This document shows positions 20,725 to 32,794 of a DNA stretch of 61,675 bases, in pieces. Source of the DNA: Paraspadella gotoi (taxonomy: Eukaryota > Animalia > Chaetognatha). The stretch covers positions 1 through 61,675 of the forward strand of contig JBJCIZ010001664.1 of assembly GCA_051294375.1 (NCBI GenBank). The letters are read 5' to 3'. The position numbers and the translations under genes are program-made. Within the stretch, counting starts at the first letter, position 1; the number at the start of each line of letters is the position of its first letter. A model generated the notes under the pieces. That model was not told the DNA's origin. It saw only the letters and a list, made by a program, of their open reading frames with translations, and made no database searches.

Positions 20725-23037
20725 AGCGGCTTCTTTTTTTTTTGGCACCTTTATGAAGATGCCGTTTAAGTTGCACGATTTTGTAAAGAAGTCCTCTCCC
20801 TCGCCATAGATACTTTAAAAGGGGATGCCCTTGGCCATCCTCGGAGAAACGAGAAGATAGAGAGTAATTAATGTACAAGAGATCTATGCTTCAAAAGTGA
20901 AAATAAAACCCTTTCAGCGGCTCATTTTGGGCCCCAGAAAAGACCACCACTTCTCCTCCAATTATTTTCCAAAAAAGTTTCCTCATTTTTACCTGATATT
21001 ATATGAGGTAATATATAATAATTTCGACATACGAAAAACAGCACTATTTGGATTCTTCGAACTTTTAGAAGCAAAAGACTAAAGTGCGGAGATCAAACAT
21101 CTTTGATCAGTTCCCCACCTAGCCGACCTTCAGGAATGCAACATCTTTCTACGTAACCTCAACATCGACACGGTGGTCGACGCTAAGGCCTGGGAATCAC
21201 TGGCCAAAAGTTTATAATTAGGATTAAATAAAGCTTGTATTCGAAAAGTAGAGGTCCAGTTGATTCTGAAAATGTATTCACTTTATCTTCTCTTCGAATC
21301 CATTGCTGTTTTTTCGAATTTATAATACTATATAAAATAAAGAAACCTTTTGGAAAAGTTGCGGCCCAAATGGCTAAAGGGATTTTCATGAAATTTTACA
21401 TAAATTTACTTGAGGACAAGGGTCCATATTCTATGAGAGGGATTTTTAAATTCACTTATCTTCATAAGAAAAAAAAAAGAATAAGAAAATTTTGGCATTA
21501 AATTCTAAATATTTTGAAAACTAGTAACATTTTCCAAAATCCCTCTCATAGAATTTCTCCCACCTTTCCATACTTATAAAAAATAATTTTTAGTTTATTT
21601 TTATTTCAAACGGTTTTAGCTCTAACTCTTTTTGTTTATTTAATTTTTTATTTTTTTCTGTAGATTTTATAAAACTGAAAGTCGAGCAAAGAACTTTAAA
21701 ATCGATACGCTTTTCCGAAATCTATTTTCATTTTTAGTTTTAAATGATAGCTTTACCGATCTTTAAAGTTTTATCCAAATTTTGTGACAATTTTTTAAAA
21801 TTAACAAATGGCTGTGTAGGAGTCTACGTCGTCTTAGAAATCGAGGAAGACTTTTTCAATGGAGATTTTCATTAAAATCTGACTACCAAATAATGTCACA
21901 CTCCTGGGAAAAATTCAGGTAAAAAATAGATGTAAAAACACTCGATTCCGGTCCTGTTGCATCTGAAGGCTTGCATTTTTTTTCTCTTGACAAATAACCA
22001 TCATTTTGACATCAAACCATCAGATTCAAATGGACTGGTCCGCTCGGGAAAATATTTCGCCGCAATTTTTATATATAAATAAAGGAATTCTCACTTTAAT
22101 ACAATGTCAACGCATTTAACATATGTTGTGATTTTACAATAAACTTCAAATTCAGGAATCCGATAGCCATATGTCTGAAGGGCTCTCAAAATTTTTCTTT
22201 ACTATTTTTGACATGATACGATCATGGTAAAGTGAATTAGTCCATTTTGGTGAAATTTTTATTCAAAGTAAAAGTAAAAGAGGAGCTAACGATCGGAATT
22301 CTAAGAGTTTTCAACCGGGAGTCAGATTCGGGGAAAATCTTCTATGGCAAAAAATCTTCCAAAGAAGGGGTCAATTTTCCAAAGATTTTGGTTAATATTT
22401 TTTATATTTATGGTAGGATTTTTTTGAAACTTAATATTAACAATATTGCCATCATTCTACCATAGGCCGGTATAAGAATATATTAAAAAAACCTCTGGCT
22501 TTGTTTGTCAGAGCTTAGTCCCTAGGCTGTGGCTGCGAAAGCAGTCAGTAAACAAGGAGGAATGCTGCAAAGTGTTTAATATTTTTTTCTCAGTCGTGTT
22601 TTGAACCAGTTTTGAACCTGGGGAACAGAAACTAAATGTCAAAAGCAGAGCATGAGGCTGGTCCGTCTGTGGAATCTGTGGCAGTCTATGGCACCATTGA
22701 GAGTTGTTATCTCAGTAGACCCAACTTCAGTTGCCAGTGGATGAATGTCTTTGAATTTTACAATTTTATATTTTTAATCATTCTTTTTTGTAATAAATGG
22801 TAATAGACATCTTATATAGGCGTTCTGCTCTCTCTCTACATAAACATTTATGTATAATAACATAATAATATAATTATTATTATATATTATTATTATAATA
22901 ATATATAATAATGATTCTATATAATAATTGGAATGACTTTGGTTTTAGTTGCTAGTATTACACTGAGGTAGGACAGGGAAATCACCGTGCGGCTGAGGTG
23001 AAATATAAGAAATATAAGAATATAAGAATAATAAAGA

Positions 23038-23235
23038 ATATAAGAATTCGAATGTAACACAAAACGAGAGTTATTTCAAAGTCAATGATCAGCGAGTAAC
23101 GAAATAAGTAAGTTCAAATGCTCTTTGCTTTCCGAGCCTAGAAACTAGAATGAATAGGAAACAAAGTCAAGCCTCTACTTTCTACTACAGAAACCGATCC
23201 TCTGGCTCCACCAGTCGGCTTTTATGGCCCCTTCT
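23038..23235 (-). repeat. Inverted LTR fragment (3' half)
   Basis: Reverse complement of LTR positions ~10155-10344. Confidence 0.85.
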
Positions 23236-23335
23236 NNNNNNNNNNNNNNNNNNNNNNNNNNNNNNNNNNNNNNNNNNNNNNNNNNNNNNNNNNNNNNNNN
23301 NNNNNNNNNNNNNNNNNNNNNNNNNNNNNNNNNNN

Positions 23336-26300
23336 ACACAAGACGTAGAGATTTTGTCATCGTTGATAATGACGACGAAAACGTTTGCAGTGATGAAATT
23401 AAATTTCTTGAAAAGTACAAAGGTGATTTCGTAAAGACGAGAAAAACAGATAGAGGCACCTCTAAAGAGNNNNNNNNNNNNNNNNNNNNNNNNNNNNNNN
23501 NNNNNNNNNNNNNNNNNNNNNNNNNNNNNNNNNNNNNNNNNNNNNNNNNNNNNNNNNNNNNNNNNNNNNNNNNNNNNNNNNNNNNNNNNNNNNNNNNNNN
23601 NNNNNNNNNNNNNNNNNNNNNNNNNNNNNNNNNNNNNNNNNNNNNNNNNNNNNNNNNNNNNNCGGCAGCAGTCCGCCTGCATAGACTTTTCAGCCCATTA
23701 GCCGAAAACGAAAAAAAATGCCTAGCCCTGGCCATTGTAAAGGAAAGCCTTGAGCCATGGAAAGAATGGGCCTTAGCCGAAAAGAAAGCTTTCGTAAAAA
23801 GACTAAAGATTTGCAAAAAATTATGCAAAAAGGGCGAGATGAGCAAAAAGGCAAACACTGCCGAAGATCATATAAAACAAAAGTCAACGCCAGAACCCAA
23901 TGAACAAGACAACGACAACCGTGAAGGACAAGTTCTCCCANNNNNNNNNNNNNNNNNNNNNACAACAGAACAAAAGGCAAAGCCACGAGCAAACAGACTA
24001 AGGTCAAGCCTCACCCAAAACACCTCGAAGTATCGAAAGATGATATACAACCCGACCTACTCCATTGTCGGCAACGCTGGAGGCGAATCAATGCATCAAG
24101 CGACAGTAAGGAAGGCCGAGGTAAAATGTCATGAACCAGAAATCTTTGTACCTGNNNNNNNNNNNNNNNNNNNNNNNNNNNNNNNNNNNNNNNNNNNNNN
24201 NNNNNNNNNNNNNNNNNNNNNNNNNNNNNNNNNNNNNNNNNNNNNNNNNNNNNNNNNNNNNNNNNNNNNNNNNNNNNNNNNNNNNNNNNNNNNNNNNNNN
24301 NNNNNNNNNNNNNNNNNNNNNNNNNNNNNNNNNNNNNNNNNNNNNNNAATTCTGTCTTGAAGACAAACCACAGCCGAGAGACGACACGAAGAGGAAAATA
24401 AATTTCAATAGCAACAGCTATATCCCCGCAGTAGTCGGCGGAGCCCCGGCGAGTTGCCTCTATGACACAGGCGCGTCCATTAACACCATCCCCCGCAAAT
24501 TCGTCGATGAATGGTCGATGGCGAGCAAAATTTATTCAGGACCACCGTTACGCGTAGNNNNNNNNNNNNNNNNNNNNNNNNNNNNNNNNNNNNNNNNNNN
24601 NNNNNNNNNNNNNNNNNNNNNNNNNNNNNNNNNNNNNNNNNNNNNNNNNNNNNNNNNNNNNNNNNNNNNNNNNNNNNNNNNNNNNNNNNNNNNNNNNNNN
24701 NNNNNNNNNNNNNNNNNNNNNNNNNNNNNNNNNNNNNNNNNNNNNNNNNNNNNNNNGGATCCTCGACACCACTTTTTTCATATCGCCAGACGAGGAAGAC
24801 AAGGACATCATTATCGGAACAGCAACGACTGACCCAGGCCCAGCGAAGGAAATGTGGGTAATANNNNNNNNNNNNNNNNNNNNNNNNNNNNNNNNNNNNN
24901 TGGGAGGAAAGCCAATCACTCACTTATTTAAAGACAAACAATCAGCACTGAAGGCAGCGAGATGGCTAGCGAGACAATGCGTCGATGAGAAAACAATCAT
25001 CCCGCTCTACGCCGAAAGAAGCGAAAACAACAAAACGTTAGTAAGAGCGGCGAAAGTATATTGGAAATCATTAGCAGAGGCGAAATGGATGCTACAATCA
25101 GCGGACGGAGAAACAGCCTNNNNNNNNNNGCGGAGACAGACCCAAGCTGAGACGAGTAAGAAAAGAAAACATCCCACCAACAAAAATAATAAAGCACACG
25201 CCTACAAACTCTGAAATCAGAGCCGCCGAGGAGGCCAGAAATAGGCGAAAACAAAAGCACGATGATAGAGGAAAGGAAGAATTCCTACGCCCTTTTAAAG
25301 AAATAGATCCAAAGCTCATCGACAAAGCCCCCATAGTATGGGAGACCGTTTGGGAGTTCCGCGACGTTTTCGGTGAAACAATAAACGACTGCAAAGAGGG
25401 CTTTCTAAACTACAAAGTGGATCTTGGTTTCACCACAGAGGGCCTACCAAAACCACGGTTCGTAAATCNNNNNNNNNNNNNNNNNNNNNNNNNNNNNNNN
25501 NNNNNNNNNNNNNNNNNNNNNNNNNNNNNNNNNNNNNNNNNNNNNNNNNNNNNNNNNNNNNNNNNNNNNNNNNNNNNNNNNNNNNNNNNNNNNNNNNNNN
25601 NNNNNNNNNNNNNNNNNNNNNNNNNNNNNNNNNNNNNNNNNNNNNNNNNNNNNNTGGACGACGAAACCTTTGCAAAACAGTGGCGCCTCATTTGCGACTT
25701 GTCAGCGGTCAACGATAACATCTCGACGTTCGCAACGGAACCACAAACGATTGCATCGATACTCGAGGAATATAAACCTCATGAGCTCCAATGCTCGGTC
25801 GATATCCTCGCTTGTTTTCACCAAGTAAATTTGTCAGACGAATGTAAACNNNNNNNNNNTTTCGCAGGCGCCGGACACAATTGGCAAATGAACAAGTTAC
25901 CAATGGGAGGCGTAAATAGCGTGAACGTCCTCCAAGCCATCCTTGACGAAATATTCGCTGACCTCGGCCGCGACGTAAAGAGTTTTCTCATCTACGNNNN
26001 NNNNNNNNNNNNNNNNNNNNNNNNNNCAGAAGAAATGGCAGAGCGACTCAGAGAATTCCTTGAAATCTGCCGACGGGAAAACGTCGTCCTTAAATGGACA
26101 AAAAGCGTCCTGTNNNNNNNNNNNNNNNNNNNNNNNNNNNNNNNNNNNNNNNNNNNNNNNNNNNNNNNNNNNNNNNNNNNNNNNNNNNNNNNNNNNNNNN
26201 NNNNNNNNNNNNNNNNNNNNNNNNNNNNNNNNNNNNNNNNNNNNNNNNNNNNNNNNNNNNNNNNNNNNNNNNNNNNNNNNNNNNNNNNNNNNNNNNNNNN

Positions 26301-29175
26301 NNNNNNNNNNNNNNNNNNNNNNNNNNNNNNNNNNNNNNNNNNNNNNNNNNNNNNNNNNNNNNNNNNNNNNNNNNNNNNNNNNNNNNNNNNNNNNNNNNNN
26401 NNNNNNNNNNNNNNNNNNNNNNNNNNNNNNNNNNNNNNNNNNNNNNNNNNNNNNNNNNNNTAAATTTCCTAAACGACGCGAAAATAAAAAATGGCGAATA
26501 CAAAATCTACGCAGACGCAAGCACCAGCGCCATGGGAGGCCTCATAACCGCGACAGCAAATGGGATAGAATATCCACTGTGCTTCCATTCGAAATCATTC
26601 CCAGAGGAGTACAGGATCAAACACATAAACATCCTCGAAACCCTTGCCTTCAACATGATGACAAGAAAATTCAAAGGTTNNNNNNNNNNNNNNNNNNNNN
26701 NNNNNNNNNNNNNNNNNNNNNNNNNNNAAAGAGTGATGGACCTGCAACATGACCGACAACAACTGCTGCCAACGAATGTCCTGAGATGGATCACTGAAAT
26801 AAAGCAAGAATGTCACCCGAACGAAGTCATATTAGTGAAAAGTGAGGACAATCCTGCTGATTTCCTCACCAGATTCACTGACCAAGGACAAATCACCCCG
26901 CTTGATACCCCTTTCTTACCTGCGGGATTCGATGTTGACGGAGAATATGACCCGGGTTTCTGCGAAGACCCGATCAGCGGAGAGGCGNNNNNNNNNNACC
27001 TCGAACTACGAGTCGGAGGCGCACCAACCTTAAGCATCACCGCATCCGCAATGGACATAGACGAAAAGGCGCTCAGAACAAGTTTCTTTAAACACATCAA
27101 ATCGAAATTCAACGAAAAGATGGAAAACATCCGTAAACTCTACGGAACACCAAAAACAAAAGACGCAGACACTTACGTAAGAACAATCTCAGNNNNNNNN
27201 NNNNNNNNNNNNNACCCAGAATTGGAAATGCTAGCCGACATGACCGGACTCTGCATAAAAATACTCGACGAGGATTCCACGACACCAGCAGGATGCNNNN
27301 NNNNNNAGGTGTATGGAAAAAGGAACCAACGCGAGCTAAAAATATTTAGAACTACAACAGGACAGGCCTCGCTAATCAGCGATACACCAGCACTACTACG
27401 AGTAATAAGGACGGCAACCGCGGATGAAAAAGAAAAGATAAAGAACATAACAAGGCAAACGATCAGCGACGGAATCACAGAGCTGCGTTTCGGACCAGGC
27501 TCAGACAGACCGCTGAGAGATCGCTTGGCGCCACCCGCACAACGGAGGAAAACAAAAGACTTACCCCCAGACACAGATGTAATCCACTGCATCTTTGCGG
27601 CCGATCCAAATAAACCAAAAAAAGCTGGAGCACCACCCAAACCGACAAACTCGGAAGAGAGGCTAGCGACGCCGCCAAACTCGGATACGAAAGAACCTGG
27701 AAGCGGCGCTGACGCGCAGCCATCAATGCCGCTGAAGCCAACGCCACCATCGTCACCGGAAACAATCCCATATGCGCAAAGATCGCCGGAGCCACGATCA
27801 ATGCCCAGCTCACCAAGATCGCCAGAAGTTACTCCAGAAGCCGCCGCTCCGGCTGCGCCGGAGGAAATCGTGGACGACGCCAGGACAGCTCAACCGCCCA
27901 CGGCCCCGAACCAGAACCCGGGCGCCGGCCCGAGCAGAGCCGCGCTCACCTCAGAGAGACGCAGACGCGCGATCAACGAAGATATAAGAAACAGAACCGA
28001 AGTGACGCCAGACTCCGCCACGGAGGCGTCCATCGAAGNNNNNNNNNNNNNNNNNNNNNNNNNNNNNNNNNNNNNNNNNNNNNNNNNNNNNNNNNNNNNN
28101 NNNNNNNNNNNNNNNNNNNNNNNNNNNNNNNNNNNNNNNNNNNNNNNNNNNNNNNNNNNNNNNNNNNNNNNNNNNNNNNNNNNNNNNNNNNNNNNNNNNN
28201 NNNNNNNNNNNNNNNNNNNNNNNNNNNNNNNNNNNNNNNNNNNNNNNNNNNNNNNNNNNNNNNNNNNNNNNNNNNNNNNNNNNNNNNNNNNNNNNNNNNN
28301 NNNNNNNNNNNNNNNNNNNNNNNNNNNNNNNNNNNNNNNNNNNNNNNNNNNNNNNNNNNNNNNNNNNNNNNNNNNNNNNNNNNNNNNNNNNNNNNNNNNN
28401 NNNNNNNNNNNNNNNNNNNNNNNNNNNNNNNNNNNNNNNNNNNNNNNNNNNNNNNNNNNNNNNNNNNNNNNNNNNNNNNNNNNNNNNNNTCGACCTACTC
28501 GACATGAGCGGCAGGAGAACCCTCGTTTCTAGAAAAAATAGCAACAGGGCAGAGAGAGATATAGGCCGAATAAGACAGGCACTAAGGAAAGCCTTAGACG
28601 ACGACCCGACGGCCTGGCTAAAGGAACTGCCGCACATGCTACTGTTGCTCAACTCAACACCAATCACGGGTTGGAAAACGGACATGAGTCCACATGAAAT
28701 CCAATTTGGAAATAGACCGAGAATAGTCGAAACACCCGACGAAGCGACTTACGAGTGCCTGGCTGATTACGCAAAGCTACGCGCAGACAAACTGGAAAAC
28801 GCCCAAAGGAAGATCGCCGAACAACGAATAAAGAACAACAGAACAGCGAAACGCGTAAATAAATTCAGAGACCCCAAAACGATAAAAACAGGCGATCGAG
28901 TCTACGTTAGGCGCGATTTGATCCGAACAGGCGCAGCCCCAGCGATAAACAAAGTCAAGTCCATCTACACAGGCCCTCACCAAGTCGTTGACGTGAAGGG
29001 AAATCACTTCGTCGTCGAAATCGCCGGACAACGTCTCACTTACCACAGACGAAGACTGAAGGCAACAGGCGGGGACTCGCCTGCCTTCAGAACGTAACAG
29101 GCGAAGCCCTGTGAAAAACAACAGCTGTAGATATATGTAAATAAAAACAATTAGCCCTAGCAAAAAAAAAAAAAA
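23336..29175 (+). mobile_element. Gypsy-type element copy 3, internal gag-pol (second subfamily, N-gapped)
   Basis: Collinear with ~12215-18150. The proteins are almost identical and differences fall mostly at third codon positions. Confidence 0.9.
28504..29097 (+). CDS. pol: Integrase C-terminal part, copy 3
   Basis: 197-aa ORF nearly identical to 17487-18080. Confidence 0.9.
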   Translation: MSGRRTLVSRKNSNRAERDIGRIRQALRKALDDDPTAWLKELPHMLLLLNSTPITGWKTDMSPHEIQFGNRPRIVETPDEATYECLADYAKLRADKLENAQRKIAEQRIKNNRTAKRVNKFRDPKTIKTGDRVYVRRDLIRTGAAPAINKVKSIYTGPHQVVDVKGNHFVVEIAGQRLTYHRRRLKATGGDSPAFRT

Positions 29176-30642
29176 TTGCAGCCATTTCTCGACGCGCGGG
29201 CTGGGGCTGCTGTGGCATAACGGGCAGGTGGGGACTTGTCTTTGGGGTTTCAAAAAAAAAAACAGGCTATCCCACAGCGGCGTGGTAAGCTCAAATCCCT
29301 CCCTTTCCTCAGCCTGCAATGCTTGCCGACACGGGCAAAACAATATACAGAAACAATGCCCTAACATGGCGGTAACGCTGGAACTCGGATAATCATCAAT
29401 TAATTAAACTTACGCACGCGGTCGTCTCGAATGATAATGTAAAACAGTGAAAATGGTGACAAAGGTGGTCCAGATCTAAGCTTGACCTTGCGCTTAGTGG
29501 TAAGATCCGCCACAAAAAAATCATGGTAAGTTATTTTTTTTTTAAACTTTTTTTTCCCCCCCTTAAAAAAAAACCGGTTTCCCTGAACCATAGCATTCAT
29601 TTGCGTTTCGCGAATTTTTTAAAATATCCTTTTTTGACCTACGAAGGTCTCACTCTCGCCATCTGGGTAGCCTGTTGAGGCATTAGGCCTTTCCATACTT
29701 TTTTATGAATTTTGATGAATGTGGTGTCCGCCGACTGGATCGACAGCTTCGACGTCTGCACGCCGCGCGTTTCCTCGTCCTCCAGGTCCGGCGGTCGATC
29801 AGCCTGGCGGCGGAGACTATTAGCCACCCAGTTTCGAAAAAAAAACCGGCCCGTTTATTAAAACCGGCGATAAAAAATTCGAAACTTCGCGTGGAGCCCG
29901 AGAGGCTATTAGCGTCGTCCCGATCCCTAAGCTGAGCGCCCGCTGGCTATCTGCTAGGTTAATAGTTTTTAATTTCCAACTCGGAATTCAATGGCCAAAG
30001 TCCACTCTTCGTCCAGCCAGCTTAGAAGTAGTGGTTTTTATTTTTTCCCTCTTTTTGGCTCGCGATAATAGTTTTGAATATTGAAAATCCGAATTTTCCA
30101 CTACTAAAGCCTATCAGAAAACTGTCTAATATTTAATTGCCCGTGAGTTTCAAACGAAGTGTAGTTTTTGTAGGAAATGTAGTGTAGGAAAGTCGAAGAA
30201 AGCGTTCAAACTCGCAGAAATATTATTTATCAATACAATGTCGAATTACATTTTACAATTTCATCCTTACATTTTGGGGCAGTTAAGGATTTTTTACGTT
30301 TTCCTCAAATAATCGTTATCAAAAACTCGTAACGTCGAATGGCGTTCTTACAAGCGCCTCAGAAAAAAACGTAGTGAAGTTTCAGTAACTAGGCAACTTC
30401 AAATAAACAAAATATCGTACGAACGTTGCGAAAGCAGCGCCTAGTACGACTAATGCAGTGCAATAGCAGCTATTCAGTAAACGTACGAAAACTTTCTTTA
30501 CAGTTTTTATACTGCATTAAATGTAGCTTATACATTATTAACTGATGAGAGAATTGATCTGCAATTGAAATAAAGAAATCCAAATAAACAATTTCAAATC
30601 AGTGTCCCTCACTTTCACCCTGCGAAGTCGTCCCCTCCATTA

Positions 30643-32794
30643 GATGTATATCATCCTTGGCATCCTATTCTTAGCCTTGTGACACCTAGCCAAAATGGCG
30701 AGTTCAATCTCGAAATCGTCGGAATTGATCTAAGGAACTTCATCTTCATCCTCGTCTTCACTGTCGGTCGTCATCTGTTGTCAGAAGAGGAGGAAATGGG
30801 AGAGTTTTTTGGAACAAGAAAATGGATGGAGCTTGGAGCTTCTTGATCTTTGATTGATAAAGCTGTTCTTTCTTTAAGCTTAATTTTTTGTGTTCAATTT
30901 CCTCTAAAAACGCTTTTTCTTGGTTTTTGGAGAATGTCCATTCCTTGTCCATTTCGATTTTCTTTTATCCCATTTCCTCAATCGTATTGGTTATTCATTT
31001 CGATCCTGTTTGATTCTCAGATTCCTGAAGCTCTTTTAAGTCATATTACCTATAAGTGGTAAAACCTTTGTTGTCCAAGATCCATAGGCTGTATGAGATG
31101 GGATTGCGTGGGTCTTTTGAGTAGAGGGATGAGTCGACGGAAAGATCGTCGACTCGAAATTCCTGAGCGCTTACTGCTGCTTTGATTTCAGAAAACAAGA
31201 GTCCTTTCTCTCGAAATTCATCCTTAAAACCGGTAGTGAGAATGCTTTTAGGATCCGTTTCCTCCTCAGATGCGTCGATCAACTGCCCATTTGGCATCCT
31301 TAAGGGACAGGCTTATATTGTATGATCCTGATTCTTTCGTGTATACACCTGTTAACGCTTTGCGCGCGGGTGATTGTAGTATGCATAGTTGAAAACGATG
31401 TTTGAGTTTTTTAAATTTTACTTCCGTCCTTGTTACTTTCAGTATATATATTGGTCACATGAGATACGAATGGGCCGATATTTCATACTACGTTGCCTTC
31501 TTTTAATTTATTCTATATTGCTACGAATCAGAACGTTGAGGTAGTTCATTCTGCTTTCTTTGTTTCCGGGCTCGCCCAGTTTCGCGGTAGCGAGGATGAG
31601 GTTGGCGAAGAGGCATTGATGGCCAGGTTCGATCCCACTTGGAAGTAGTATCCCTCCAGGTCGACCAAAGTGAACTCGTTGTTTTCAGGCTCGTCATTGA
31701 CAGTAGACCCATGCGTGAATATGAAATAAAAAAGAGAGGAAAATAATTAAATGTTAGCATAAGGACAAGATTATTGTTTAAATAAGTTTATAAGACCAAA
31801 GAATCTTAAATCAATTTTCCTAAATAATTTCAAAACACCATAGCAATATTCTAAATTTTAAAAATCCCTTTTTTTTTAAAGGGTTTCACTGCTTTGAGAG
31901 ATAAACCTCAAAAAAGACAAATTTGTAAAATTTCCCCAAATTAAAATTTCTAAAGGTGAGGCTAAAGCAGTCGCCTAAGAATGGGAGAATTAAATAAGCA
32001 AAATAATTATAATGATTGATTCATAACGAACAGAATATGTCTTTAATCCAATCTGTCACATCATTTTGATTGTAGATTCACCACATTTTATTATTTGACG
32101 TGGTTGTCCACTTAAATAGAAAGGGACAACCTGTTGTTGTTGTTGGTTTATTTTTGTGACCAAATGGAGTCAACCGAAGGTAAATCGTTGTCGAAAATCC
32201 AACCTCAAGTTGGAATGGAACGAAGATTGGTTGACGAAAACGTCTTTATGTTGTTGTTGCAATCGCCTCGCATTCGTCCGTGTCGGATATTTTTCTCACT
32301 GTCAGCTAACTCGGACTGACGACGAACAAGGAATTTGCGAGAAAACGAACTTGAAGAAATGTGAATCTTCAACAGTATCCGTTGGCGAGCTAAATCTCCA
32401 AAAAAATCTGAAAGAAATAGCTAAAAAAATCTAAACAAAAAATGAAGCAGAAAATGTCAAAAATGTCTATTTATGAGATGAATAATGAAGAACAAATCAT
32501 CTTGCCGTTATGGAGAAGAATATGAAGATGAAAGAATAAGTCAACGGAGAAAAAAATAGCTGTCAAAACGAAGTTTTCGTGAGAAAATAGTAAGCAAAAG
32601 TCCGTCAAAGCGAATTGTAATCCAAATGTGGAATTTGAACTCATGTTTTTGGAGTCGTTGTAACAAGTGCTATTTTGAGAGAGAGAGAGGAGAGAAAGAA
32701 GAGAGAGAAGAAGAGAACCCAAAAAACCGTAAAAGCGTCGAATCTAAGGTTCAGTCAGGTCAGTCTCAAAAAAGGGCCGATCGTATTCAATACA
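30643..32794 (-). mobile_element. BEL/Pao-type element, 5' portion (LTR-like end, leader, gag start)
   Basis: Noisy duplicate of ~43505-45450. The minus-strand terminus TGTATTGAA abuts env sequence at 32795. Confidence 0.65.
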
